Shown: positions 46,731 to 55,962 of the stretch, one piece after another
Numbering within the stretch: the stretch's first letter is position 1
How the letters are laid out: the number at the start of each line of letters is the position of its first letter
Program-made: the position numbers and the translations under genes
Notes under the pieces: model-generated
What the model was told of the DNA's origin: nothing
Database searches by the model: none
What the model saw: only the letters and a program-made list of their open reading frames with translations
Sequence record: PZ296772.1
DNA length: 64,000 nt
Strand: one strand, 5' to 3'
Source: a phage

Positions 46731-47753
46731 ATGGCTGAATGGATAGATAATGAATTTGCGTATCGTGCGTTTTCTCACCTACCTCGTTTTAGACAAATCA
46801 ATAATTCAAGCACATTTAAATTAACATTTCGTTGTCCAGTTTGTGGCGACTCCCAGACAGATGCAATGAAAGCTCGTGGATGGTATTATGGCGGTACTCC
46901 TGGTAATGTACATTGCTATAATTGTCAATACCACAATACAATTTCCGGATACTTAAAAGAATATGACGAAGAGCTTTATCGCGAATATCTAATGGAAGTT
47001 CGTAAAGAAAAAGCTAGAATGGAACCAAAGATTGAAAAGGTTCCTGAAGCTAAGCCGGAGCCAGAGAAAAAGACTATAAATTCTTTGCCGTCTTGTTCTC
47101 GTCTGGACAAGCTGCCTGAAGAGCATCCTATTGTGAAATATGTTAAGTCTCGATGCATTCCTAAAGAATCATGGAACAGATTATGGTTCACATTAGAATG
47201 GCCTAAATTGGTCAACAAGATTCAACCTGGTACGTATAAGAAAGAGATTCCCGAACCACGTTTAGTGATTCCTATTTTTAATAAAGACGGGAAGGCTGAG
47301 TCATTCCAAGGACGTGCACTTCGTAAAGATGCTCCTCAGAAATATATCACTATTAAAGCGTTTGAGTCTGCAACAAAAATTTATGGTGTTGAACGTGTTA
47401 AGGAAGGGGACGTCTGGGTAATGGAAGGCCCTATTGATAGTTTATTCATACCCAATGCAATCGCTATTACAGGCGGCTCAATAGATTTAGATGTGGTACC
47501 ATTTAAAGAACGTCGGGTATGGGTAATGGATAATGAACCTAGGCATCCGGATACTATAGCTCGCATGAAGCGATTAGTTGATGCAGGCGAACGTGTCATG
47601 TTCTGGGACCGAGCTCCATGGAGATCAAAGGATGTGAATGATATGGTAATGAAAGAAAATGCAACACCACAAGAAATTTTAGAATATATGAAACAGAATA
47701 TTTCAAGTGGGTTGCATGCTAAAATGAGATTATCTCGTTATTCGAAGATTTAA
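46731..47753 (+). CDS. 61: DNA primase gp61
   Basis: 340 aa; zinc ribbon CPVCGDS...CYNCQYH; WIDNEFAYRA, KYITIKA, RVWVMDNEPRHPDTI match recalled T4 gp61. Confidence 0.9.
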   Translation: MAEWIDNEFAYRAFSHLPRFRQINNSSTFKLTFRCPVCGDSQTDAMKARGWYYGGTPGNVHCYNCQYHNTISGYLKEYDEELYREYLMEVRKEKARMEPKIEKVPEAKPEPEKKTINSLPSCSRLDKLPEEHPIVKYVKSRCIPKESWNRLWFTLEWPKLVNKIQPGTYKKEIPEPRLVIPIFNKDGKAESFQGRALRKDAPQKYITIKAFESATKIYGVERVKEGDVWVMEGPIDSLFIPNAIAITGGSIDLDVVPFKERRVWVMDNEPRHPDTIARMKRLVDAGERVMFWDRAPWRSKDVNDMVMKENATPQEILEYMKQNISSGLHAKMRLSRYSKI

Positions 47754-47947
47754 ACAAGCCCTATAATAGCAAAGGCCAAATCAACTACAGTATCCAATGG
47801 AACAGAAGGAACTATAATACCATGGGCAACTAACAATGGCGCAATCCCGAAGTTCCATGAAATAATGCCACCTACAACTATTGCAGCGATAGCAGTTTTC
47901 TTTTTATTGCCTTTAATAGCGTTGATTAACGATGGAAGTTTAAACAT
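47750..47947 (-). CDS. small membrane protein (minus strand)
   Basis: 65 aa with two hydrophobic segments; minus-strand RBS AAGGAG 5 nt before ATG; no competing + ORF in the 61-56 gap. Confidence 0.5.
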   Translation of the reverse strand: MFKLPSLINAIKGNKKKTAIAAIVVGGIISWNFGIAPLLVAHGIIVPSVPLDTVVDLAFAIIGLV

Positions 47948-48035
47948 AATATCTCCTTAGTTACCTATTATTTATTACGCTTTATAAAATTAATGTTAGA
48001 ATTAACTCTCTTATACTGAATTGAAAGGAAAAATT

Positions 48036-48557
48036 ATGGCACACTTTAACGAATGTTCACAACTTATTTCTGGTGTTGATAAAGCAGAAGAAGCTTATTT
48101 TAATGCTCTGATTCACGAAGATAAAGACCCACTGCAGGTAATGCTTGATATGCAGAAATCTTTACAGGTTCGTTTGGCAAATGATAAGCCTGAACATAAC
48201 AAACATCCTGATGAATTGGCTACTGCCGGTGATGTTGTTGATTGGCTGCGTAATCAGAAAGATTATATTGATGATGAATTCCGTGAACTGCTGACTTCAC
48301 TTGGCGGTATGAGCAATGGTGAAAAAGCCGCTAGCTCTGTATGGAAGCCGTGGAAAGCACAACATGCTGAATATCGTAATCGTCGTATCGATGAACTGTC
48401 TCCTGAAGACCAGCTTGAAATTAAATTCGAGATGATTGACATCCTCCACTTTGTTCTGAATATGTTCCAAGGTCTGGGTCTTTCTGCTGAAGAAATCTTT
48501 AAACTTTACTACTTGAAAAACCAACACAACTTTGAACGCCAGGATAACGGTTACTAA
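48036..48557 (+). CDS. 56: dCTP pyrophosphatase gp56 (MazG-like)
   Basis: Start moved to ATG after AAAGGAAA; MAHFNEC, DPLQVMLDMQ, TAGDVV.W, IDDEFRELLTSLG, LEIKFE..DI.HFVLNMF match recalled T4 gp56. Confidence 0.85.
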   Translation: MAHFNECSQLISGVDKAEEAYFNALIHEDKDPLQVMLDMQKSLQVRLANDKPEHNKHPDELATAGDVVDWLRNQKDYIDDEFRELLTSLGGMSNGEKAASSVWKPWKAQHAEYRNRRIDELSPEDQLEIKFEMIDILHFVLNMFQGLGLSAEEIFKLYYLKNQHNFERQDNGY

Positions 48558-48563
48558 TTAAGT

Positions 48564-48571
48564 TATAAATA
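48564..48571 (+). promoter_or_regulatory. T4-type late promoter TATAAATA for soc
   Basis: Exact TATAAATA about 30 nt upstream of soc ATG. Confidence 0.5.
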
Positions 48572-48602
48572 CACCTGTAATTAAACAACAAAGGAGTTAA
48601 TT

Positions 48603-48839
48603 ATGGGTGGTTACGTTAATATCAAAACCTTTACGCATCCTGCCGGTGAAGGCAAAGAAGTTAAAGGTATGGAAGTTTCTGTACCGTTTGAGATTTATTC
48701 AAACGAACATCGGATTGCAGATTCTCATTACCAAATCTTTCCATCAGAAAAGGCAGCATATTCTACTGTAGTTTCTGATGCGGCTGATTGGAAAACTAAG
48801 AATGCCGCAATGTTTACCCCTACACCAGTAAGTGGTTAA
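48603..48839 (+). CDS. soc: small outer capsid protein Soc
   Basis: 78 aa; GYVNIKTF and HYQ.FPSEKAAYSTV match recalled T4 Soc. Confidence 0.8.
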   Translation: MGGYVNIKTFTHPAGEGKEVKGMEVSVPFEIYSNEHRIADSHYQIFPSEKAAYSTVVSDAADWKTKNAAMFTPTPVSG

Positions 48840-48846
48840 ATAATTT

Positions 48847-48872
48847 AAGGAATCCTTCGGGATTCCTTTTTT
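48847..48872 (+). terminator. rho-independent terminator
   Basis: aaggaatcc-TTCG-ggattcctt followed by T6. Confidence 0.7.
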
Positions 48873-48881
48873 GTTTCTACA

Positions 48882-48911
48882 GTTTACAACCACTAAAAAC
48901 TGTGTTAAGAT
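48882..48911 (+). promoter_or_regulatory. early promoter-like
   Basis: GTTTAC, 18 nt, TAAGAT. Confidence 0.45.
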
Positions 48912-48939
48912 ATTTTTACTTACTCAAGAGGAGAACAAT

Positions 48940-49167
48940 ATGTTAAATCGTTGGATTAAACCTAATAACACATTAGGTGCTTTGATTGCTCAAGAAGTTT
49001 CATTGAAATACGGCCTTGGATATTATGATGATGTAGTCGTACACTCGTTCATGATGGATGGTGAAAACGTCAAATTTAATGCCGAAATCCGTTGGGATGA
49101 CGGTGGTGTTCGTTTTGTTCGAGGAACAATTAATGCTTACGATGCTGAAGAAGTTGTTTGCTGTTAA
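48940..49167 (+). CDS. hypothetical protein
   Basis: Start moved to ATG after AAGAGGAG; 75 aa. Confidence 0.4.
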   Translation: MLNRWIKPNNTLGALIAQEVSLKYGLGYYDDVVVHSFMMDGENVKFNAEIRWDDGGVRFVRGTINAYDAEEVVCC

Positions 49168-49350
49168 ACCAGGCGAAGGTATGATGCCGATTCCTGATAC
49201 ACACGAAAAAAGTTGGGAATACATTGGTGATGGAATGATGGAAGAAGTTGTTCGTCCAAAAACAAAACAGGTTAATGCTTCAAGCTCTTCCGATTATAAT
49301 CATTCATACGTATCGTCTTGGCCTGGTGATTCTGGGTCAAGTTATTCTGA

Positions 49351-49557
49351 TTGTGGTTCAAGCTCAGGGAGCTGCGAATGAACAGAATAGTAAAATGGTT
49401 TAAAAGCTTGAATGATGGTGTCGGTCCGGAAGATTGGCTGGATGTTCTTGAAGAGAATATGGCTAAAGAATTCCAGAAACACGAAGAGAAGCTCGTCGAA
49501 GATGAAGGCGAACGTATTGTAAAACTTTATATGGGTGAACCATCGAGGAAATTATAA
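49351..49557 (+). CDS. hypothetical protein
   Basis: 68 aa. Confidence 0.35.
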   Translation: MWFKLRELRMNRIVKWFKSLNDGVGPEDWLDVLEENMAKEFQKHEEKLVEDEGERIVKLYMGEPSRKL

Positions 49558-50021
49558 TGGATGCTATGTTATTTAAAATGTATTTGCTTGAAGCCAAGTC
49601 GTTTAAACATATACCAGTAGAAGATAAGACTCCACTAGAAATAGCTATTCTCATTAACAAAAGTCTAAATAATCCGCAATATATCGTAGAAGAATTCTGC
49701 AAATTGCAGATTCCTAAAGGTTACAAAATTCGTGTAGAGCGAGTTGGAGCTATTACTCATTCTAAAAATTCTCCGTTTAGTCTTGAAGAAGGCATAAAGG
49801 ACTTAGGTTATGAATCTACGGAAAATGCAGTTTATGTGAATCCTGAAAAGCGTTTAGACTTGTTTGAAAAGCGAGACCATAAGTATTTTGCCAAAAAATA
49901 CTTTATTACATCATTAGCAGATTTAATCCATTTGCAACGAGCTATTTGGAAATTTTTTAAGACAAAAGGTGTAGTACTAGAAACATTCTCTGAACCTGCT
50001 AGTTTTTATCTCGGTGAATAA
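49557..50021 (+). CDS. hypothetical protein
   Basis: 154 aa, coupled start. Confidence 0.45.
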   Translation: MDAMLFKMYLLEAKSFKHIPVEDKTPLEIAILINKSLNNPQYIVEEFCKLQIPKGYKIRVERVGAITHSKNSPFSLEEGIKDLGYESTENAVYVNPEKRLDLFEKRDHKYFAKKYFITSLADLIHLQRAIWKFFKTKGVVLETFSEPASFYLGE

Positions 50022-50022
50022 T

Positions 50023-50202
50023 ATGGACTTGATGAGTATGTTTGATGAGCCTGAAGTTGAGGCTCCTAAAGTGCATCGTAGTGAACTTGTTGATGAACTA
50101 GATAGTATTATACAACGACACGGCTTTAGTTTACCTGTTGAAGCCCTGAAAGACCTTGCCTCTTATTATGACGACCCTCCACCATGGAGTCCTTGGAAAT
50201 GA
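50023..50202 (+). CDS. hypothetical acidic protein
   Basis: Start moved to internal ATG after GGTGA. Confidence 0.35.
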   Translation: MDLMSMFDEPEVEAPKVHRSELVDELDSIIQRHGFSLPVEALKDLASYYDDPPPWSPWK

Positions 50203-50362
50203 AAGAGAAATTTAAAGAGAAATTCTTACTAGAAATCAAGGAAAAAGACTTTGAGACATGGTATCGAATGGTGAAAGGGTTGACATTGCTTTTTAAAGCA
50301 TCCTTATTCATGTTAGAACAACCTGGTCCTGATGGACCTTTAGTAGGAAAGCTTAAAAAGTA

Positions 50363-50391
50363 GTTTACATTCCCTCCTCTCGTGTTATGAT
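50363..50391 (+). promoter_or_regulatory. early promoter-like
   Basis: GTTTAC, 17 nt, TATGAT. Confidence 0.45.
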
Positions 50392-50418
50392 AGGCTTATC
50401 TTTAAATGGAGGTCTATC

Positions 50419-51000
50419 ATGACATGTCAATCTGAACTTCAAGAACATGAATACCTAACAAATCTGATTGATAGCAAATTCACCCGCCAAGAACAAAACA
50501 TTCTCTGGGCCTGCACCGATTCTAAGGAAGACCCGGATTTCCACTATGAATTAGACCATCTTGTTCGTAAGCATATGACTTCTACAGTGCCAGTAGAACT
50601 CTACCGTGGTGTAACTCCAGAAGAAGTAGAACGTCTTTCCCTTCTTTCTGTGGGATGCCATTGGTCTCCTGGACGAGTAACATCGTTCACAACTGATTTC
50701 AGTACAGCTCGTCAATTCTCCGGGAGATGGGAATATCAGACGTACACTATTCTTAGTCTCAGGAATGCTCCATTCATTTTTGATTACTACCAAAACATGG
50801 TTAACATTGTACTTGCCGGAAAGAACCCTAAGCATGTTATGGAAGAAACGCGTGTTGACGTCCTAGATATGATTGAATCTGAACAAGAATACATGGTCTC
50901 AGGTATCTCTAGATTTGAGATTGTGGAAATTGAAGAGTTAGAGTATGACCCTTTGCCTCGAGTATACAAAATCATTCACTTAAAGATGTTGAATTTTTAG
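50419..51000 (+). CDS. modA: ADP-ribosyltransferase, ModA/ModB type (first of pair)
   Basis: R-S-E motifs: LYRGV, SFTTDF, EQEYMVSG; paralogous to next ORF; symbol by recalled T4 order. Confidence 0.55.
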   Translation: MTCQSELQEHEYLTNLIDSKFTRQEQNILWACTDSKEDPDFHYELDHLVRKHMTSTVPVELYRGVTPEEVERLSLLSVGCHWSPGRVTSFTTDFSTARQFSGRWEYQTYTILSLRNAPFIFDYYQNMVNIVLAGKNPKHVMEETRVDVLDMIESEQEYMVSGISRFEIVEIEELEYDPLPRVYKIIHLKMLNF

Positions 51001-51030
51001 TGTACAAACTCTACCTACGATGATACTATA
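51001..51030 (+). promoter_or_regulatory. early promoter-like
   Basis: TGTACA, 18 nt, TACTAT. Confidence 0.4.
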
Positions 51031-51057
51031 CTTTTATCAACCAGAGGAGAAACCTAA

Positions 51058-51666
51058 ATGTTTATGCCGTATAACGAGTGTGAAATTGAAGAAATGGTTC
51101 GTCGTGCTCAAAACCCCGAATATCAAGATGTATTGCAGTACGAAATTGATAGTCAATTCAGCGACATTGAACAAAGTGTACTGTGGCAGTGTATGGAAAA
51201 CAAGCCAGACTGTATTCAACAGGAGTTAAGTTCAATCGTTCGTAGAAATTGGACGTCTTCTGTTCCTGAGACAATGTATCGTGGAATCTCTAAGAAAACT
51301 ATGGCCACACTCGATGATAAAGGCATTGGTAGTATTATTAAATTTGACAGAGTAATGAGCTTTAGTCCAGTGTTTGGTGTAGCACGTAACTTCGCTTCAT
51401 ATAATTTTTATGGAACATTTAATATGTTCTGCGTCAAAGATGCACCATTTGCTTTCAACTTCCGTGAACATATGCTTAATATGATTCTGGCTGCACCATC
51501 TTGTGAGTTCAATGGAGCTTTCCCTGAAGCGACAAGACGGTCTAATGCTAGACTTATATCTGACGAATGTGAATTTATGCTCCCTATAGGGACTACACTG
51601 CGTGTAGATTCTATTATTCAAGATGGACGTTATACAATCTGGAATCTGTCTATTGTTGGTTACTGA
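51058..51666 (+). CDS. modB: ADP-ribosyltransferase, ModA/ModB type (second of pair)
   Basis: R-S-E motifs: MYRGI, SFSPVF, ECEFMLPIG; symbol by recalled T4 order. Confidence 0.55.
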   Translation: MFMPYNECEIEEMVRRAQNPEYQDVLQYEIDSQFSDIEQSVLWQCMENKPDCIQQELSSIVRRNWTSSVPETMYRGISKKTMATLDDKGIGSIIKFDRVMSFSPVFGVARNFASYNFYGTFNMFCVKDAPFAFNFREHMLNMILAAPSCEFNGAFPEATRRSNARLISDECEFMLPIGTTLRVDSIIQDGRYTIWNLSIVGY

Positions 51667-51740
51667 CTGGATTGGAATAACCGGATGGAACTCAGAACCA
51701 TTATAACACATAAAAAATTAAAGCATTTTACGAAAAAAGT

Positions 51741-51769
51741 GTGTACACTACCTGAGGGCATGATATTAT
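51741..51769 (+). promoter_or_regulatory. early promoter-like
   Basis: GTGTAC, 17 nt, TATTAT. Confidence 0.4.
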
Positions 51770-51818
51770 AGACCTATCAGCTAAATGACCTAACGTCCGT
51801 AAGACAGAGGAAAATATT

Positions 51819-52565
51819 ATGTTATCAAATAATAAAATTAACAAAATCAATCGTCGTCTTGACCACACCAGAGCTTCTGCGAAGAGACGCTCTAAGGATT
51901 TTAACTTAGATTTTAATTACCTTAAAAACATTCTTGATCAAAAGGTCTGCGCTTACTCAGGTGAATCTTTCAATAACTCTGTTGAAGGTGAGAAATTATC
52001 CTTAGAACGTTTTAATAATGATATAGGCTACATTAAAGGTAATGTTATCCCAGTTAAGAAAAAATATAACACGGCTCGTTCTGATTTAACATTAGAAGAA
52101 CTTATTGAGAAACGTGATGCCATTGCAAGACGTATTGCTAATCCTTCTGCCCGTAAAGTAGAGAAACTTAATCTTGACGAGAAGAAATGGGCCCAAATTA
52201 AAAAGGTTTATGGTACTATTTTAAAAATCCGAGCAAAACGTGAAAACCGTGTTAAGCATATGGCGAACATGATGAAAAATCAACCTTTATCTAACGAATC
52301 TAAACTTAGAATTGTTGCTTTGAAAGCACGCATTAATGGCTCACATCAAGCAGAAGGCCATGAACTTACTAAACTCAACGTTCTTCTTAAAGGCTCTGAC
52401 TGGAAAACTAAAACTAAATTAACTGACGCCGAATCGCTTTTCGATACATATGATAAAGTTATCCAAGGTCTGCAACGTTTTGAAAAGATCGGTTTCATTG
52501 GTAAATTAAAATTGAAACGTGGCCTACCACTTAGCGCATCATTATTCCAACTGATTAAAGGTTAA
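51819..52565 (+). CDS. hypothetical protein (position of T4 srd)
   Basis: 248 aa between the mod pair and dda; name by synteny only. Confidence 0.4.
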   Translation: MLSNNKINKINRRLDHTRASAKRRSKDFNLDFNYLKNILDQKVCAYSGESFNNSVEGEKLSLERFNNDIGYIKGNVIPVKKKYNTARSDLTLEELIEKRDAIARRIANPSARKVEKLNLDEKKWAQIKKVYGTILKIRAKRENRVKHMANMMKNQPLSNESKLRIVALKARINGSHQAEGHELTKLNVLLKGSDWKTKTKLTDAESLFDTYDKVIQGLQRFEKIGFIGKLKLKRGLPLSASLFQLIKG

Positions 52566-52567
52566 TT

Positions 52568-52879
52568 ATGGTTTATGTATATGCAATAGTTTATCGAGAT
52601 ATGGAAGGATTTACTGTCCCGGTTCCACTTGATGAGCATCGTCCTGCAGTATTTTTTAGAAAGGATATTGCAGATAAAGTTTTCGATACTTTGAAAACAC
52701 AGTATAAAACAGATTTAAAAATGGGAGTTCTAAGAATGGTCGAAACTCCGCGTAAGTTCTGGTTTAATAAGCTTGAAATGAAACACGTTAAACTAGATGC
52801 GGAGACGCAAAAATTGTATCAACGAATCCTGGACACAGGCCGTATTGTTAGTATTCCAATTGCAGGGACTTTACGATGA
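52568..52879 (+). CDS. hypothetical protein
   Basis: 103 aa immediately upstream of dda. Confidence 0.45.
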   Translation: MVYVYAIVYRDMEGFTVPVPLDEHRPAVFFRKDIADKVFDTLKTQYKTDLKMGVLRMVETPRKFWFNKLEMKHVKLDAETQKLYQRILDTGRIVSIPIAGTLR

Positions 52880-54189
52880 CATTTGATGATTTGACTGAAG
52901 GCCAGAAAAACGCCTTCAACGTTGTTATGGAAGCTATTAAAGAAAAGAAACATCATGTAACTATTAATGGACCTGCTGGTACAGGTAAAACAACCCTTAC
53001 TAGATTCATCGTTGAAGCCCTTATTTCTTCTGGAGAATCAGGTATTATTTTAGCAGCCCCTACACATGCTGCTAAAAAGGTTCTAAGCAAACTTGCGGGT
53101 CAAGAAGCATCGACTATTCATAGCATTCTTAAAATCAACCCAACTACATACGAAGAAAACGTATTATTTGAACAGAAAAAGGTTCCAGACTTAGCCTTGT
53201 GTCGTGTACTGTTATTTGATGAAGCGTCAATGTGCGACCGTTCTCTGTTTAAAATAATGTTAGCTAGTATCCCTAAATGGTGTACAGTAATTGGAATCGG
53301 CGACCGATGCCAGATTCGTCCGGTAGACCCAGGCGAATCAACTGCGTATCTAAGTCCTTTCTTCACTCACAAAGACTTCGTGCAATGCAACCTTACAGAA
53401 GTTAAACGTAGCAATGCACCAATTATTGATGTTGCGACTGATATTCGTAACGGCAAATGGATTTACGATAAAGTAGTTGATGGGCACGGTGTTCACGGAT
53501 ATACAGACCTTAAATCGTATATGATGAACTATTTTAACGTCGTTAAAACTCCTGAAGACCTTTTCGAAAATCGAATGATGGCATTCACAAATAAGTCGGT
53601 GGACAAGTTAAATTCAATTATTCGCCGAAAACTTCTTGAAACAGAAAAACCATTTATTAAAGACGAAGTCATTGTTCTACAAGAGCCGTTTACTAAGACA
53701 TATAAGCTAGATGGTAAAAATATGACCGAAATGCTTTTCAATAACGGTCAATTCGTTCGTATTCGAGATGCTGTAGAAACGTCTACATTCGTTAAAGCAC
53801 GTGGTGTTTCAGGCGAATATATGATACGATACTGGAATCTTACAGTAGAAACGTATGGGGATGATGAAGAATACATCCGCGAAGATATAAAGGTTATTTC
53901 TTCTGAAGAAGAGCTTTATAAATTCAATTTGTTTTTGGCTAAGACCGCAGAAACATACAAATTTTGGAATAAAGGTGGTAAAGCTCCATGGAGCGAATTC
54001 TGGGATGCTAAACGTATGTTCACTAAGGTGAAGGCACTACCAGTATCAACCTTCCATAAGGCCCAGGGTATGTCTGTTGACACGGCCTTTGTTTATACAC
54101 CGTGTATCCATTACGCCGATTCAGAATTAGCTAAACAGTTATTGTATGTCGGCACAACTCGTGGTCGGTTTGACGTCCATTTTATTTGA
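52876..54189 (+). CDS. dda: Dda SF1 DNA helicase
   Basis: 437 aa; motif I GPAGTGKTT, motif II LLFDEASM, C-terminal VGTTRG; matches recalled T4 Dda. Confidence 0.85.
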   Translation: MTFDDLTEGQKNAFNVVMEAIKEKKHHVTINGPAGTGKTTLTRFIVEALISSGESGIILAAPTHAAKKVLSKLAGQEASTIHSILKINPTTYEENVLFEQKKVPDLALCRVLLFDEASMCDRSLFKIMLASIPKWCTVIGIGDRCQIRPVDPGESTAYLSPFFTHKDFVQCNLTEVKRSNAPIIDVATDIRNGKWIYDKVVDGHGVHGYTDLKSYMMNYFNVVKTPEDLFENRMMAFTNKSVDKLNSIIRRKLLETEKPFIKDEVIVLQEPFTKTYKLDGKNMTEMLFNNGQFVRIRDAVETSTFVKARGVSGEYMIRYWNLTVETYGDDEEYIREDIKVISSEEELYKFNLFLAKTAETYKFWNKGGKAPWSEFWDAKRMFTKVKALPVSTFHKAQGMSVDTAFVYTPCIHYADSELAKQLLYVGTTRGRFDVHFI

Positions 54190-54198
54190 GAGAAAATT

Positions 54199-54876
54199 AT
54201 GAGCACTGATGTTATTATAGATTTTGAAACATTCGGCAATACATCAAAAGCGGCTGTTATTGACCTTGCGGTTATTGCATATAATTCCGACCCTGAAGTT
54301 GTTGAATCATTTGAAGAACTTGTTCAACGAGGTAAGCGAATTAAATTTAATTTAGCTTCTCAGAAAGGGAAGCGAGTTTTCGCTAAATCCACTATGAAAT
54401 GGTGGAAAGAACAATCGGCTGAAGCACGTAAAAACTTGGCTCCGTCTGAAGACGATGTCACTACGCTTGAAGGCATTAAAATCTTTTTAGACTATTGCCG
54501 AGCTAATAAAGTTGACCAATGGAAATCACAGATGTGGTGTCGTGGTATGAGCTTTGACTTCCCGATATTGGTCGATTTGATTCGTGACCTCTATCGTGAT
54601 GAAGGTGTTCCTGAACCAGAGATTGATACTGATAAATTAGAACCGGTTAAATTCTGGGCTCAACGTGATATTCGTACGGCAATCGAAGCTTACTCGTTGA
54701 CACGAGGATTAAGTATGTGTCCATTACCGATGGGTACGCTAAAAGGATTCGTTGCCCATGATAGTATTCATGATTGTGCTAAAGATATTTTGATGTTAAA
54801 ATATGCTCAGCGTTATGCGCTTGGTCTTGAAGATGTCCCTGAGAATCCTGACCCGTTAAGTGTAAAACAGCGATAA
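54199..54876 (+). CDS. dexA: exonuclease A (DnaQ-like)
   Basis: 225 aa; Exo I motif IDFETFG; T4 dexA position. Confidence 0.65.
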   Translation: MSTDVIIDFETFGNTSKAAVIDLAVIAYNSDPEVVESFEELVQRGKRIKFNLASQKGKRVFAKSTMKWWKEQSAEARKNLAPSEDDVTTLEGIKIFLDYCRANKVDQWKSQMWCRGMSFDFPILVDLIRDLYRDEGVPEPEIDTDKLEPVKFWAQRDIRTAIEAYSLTRGLSMCPLPMGTLKGFVAHDSIHDCAKDILMLKYAQRYALGLEDVPENPDPLSVKQR

Positions 54877-54882
54877 AATCAG

Positions 54883-54911
54883 TTTACAACCAAGGACGGT
54901 TGGAGTATAAT
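54883..54911 (+). promoter_or_regulatory. promoter with CAACCA-N4-CGGTTG palindrome (family member 3)
   Basis: GTTTACaaccaaggacggttggagTATAAT. Confidence 0.5.
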
Positions 54912-54941
54912 CTTTCTATCTTAACCAAACGGGAAACAATT

Positions 54942-55436
54942 ATGAATATCAATACTACGTCTACTTACATCCTGAAAGACGAAAAACAAATCAACTGGTA
55001 CGGTGCTTCAGTGCGAGCTTATGAAAAGTTTTGTGAAATTTTAGGTGCCACTCAAGGTAATAGTTTCACTATTGTTAACTTCATTAAACAAGTTGAAGGC
55101 CCTTGGTTATTCTTAGAAATTAAAAATTCATACGGTACAATTTCTACTACTGCCATCCCAAGCACCGACTTTGAACTGTTGATTGAAGAAGCACCTGTTA
55201 AAGATGGTCTCCACTTTGATATGGATATCGTTTGTATGTACGGTACTCTGATTAAGCCTATTGAGCCTACTGATTTATTGTGTAAATATGTTTCAATTCG
55301 ACGCCCATTCGATGGTCCAGTAAATGGATGGGTAACTGACCAGTGGATTGAAGATGGGGTTGAACTTCTGAACGTTGTTCATGCCGGTGATTTTAGTGTG
55401 GTTCCACGTAGTGCAGTAGTTAATATTCTAAATTAA
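54942..55436 (+). CDS. paralog-family protein 1 (shared C-terminal domain)
   Basis: Start moved to ATG; C-terminal TDQWIEDGVELLNVVHAGDFSVVP shared with 55498 and 55963. Confidence 0.5.
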   Translation: MNINTTSTYILKDEKQINWYGASVRAYEKFCEILGATQGNSFTIVNFIKQVEGPWLFLEIKNSYGTISTTAIPSTDFELLIEEAPVKDGLHFDMDIVCMYGTLIKPIEPTDLLCKYVSIRRPFDGPVNGWVTDQWIEDGVELLNVVHAGDFSVVPRSAVVNILN

Positions 55437-55438
55437 TG

Positions 55439-55468
55439 TTGTACATCCAAGGATGGATGGAGTATAAT
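55439..55468 (+). promoter_or_regulatory. promoter with degenerate CATCCA-N4-TGGATG palindrome (family member 4)
   Basis: tGTACAtccaaggatggatggagTATAAT. Confidence 0.5.
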
Positions 55469-55497
55469 GAATTCAATTTAACAAAGAGAGAAAAATT

Positions 55498-55953
55498 ATG
55501 ATTACTATTGGTGAAATTAAGCGTGTATCAACTGCATCCCGGTCTAAAGCCGCAGGTCGTCTGGTTGAAGTGGTAGGACTTCGCACAAATGGCATGGGAC
55601 GCATTAAAGAAGTTAAAGTTCGAATCATTCCTAGTTTTGGACGTCAGGATACTCAGCACGCTTACGTAAGTCCTAAATTCTTGGAAACTCCTGTGAGCGC
55701 TCATTTTGCTTCTACTGAACCTAATGCACAGTTCAAATGGGCCTTGTGTAAAGGTGTTGAATTCCAGACTGATAAAGAATTTGACTTCATCGATGAATAC
55801 GGTTATCCAAGCAAAACTGATACTATGTGTGGCTTCATTAGTGACCAATGGGTTGAAGATGGTGAAAAGTTATACAATATCGTATTCTTAGGTGACTTCC
55901 GAGTTGTTAAAGAATCTGAAATCACTCGTTATGTGTCTCCTCGTAAAGCTTAA
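55498..55953 (+). CDS. paralog-family protein 2 (possible MotB-like by position)
   Basis: 151 aa; SRSKAAGRLVEV and CGFISDQWVEDGEKLYNIVFLGDF shared with neighbour; MotB assignment is recollection only. Confidence 0.5.
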   Translation: MITIGEIKRVSTASRSKAAGRLVEVVGLRTNGMGRIKEVKVRIIPSFGRQDTQHAYVSPKFLETPVSAHFASTEPNAQFKWALCKGVEFQTDKEFDFIDEYGYPSKTDTMCGFISDQWVEDGEKLYNIVFLGDFRVVKESEITRYVSPRKA

Positions 55954-55962
55954 GGAATTATT

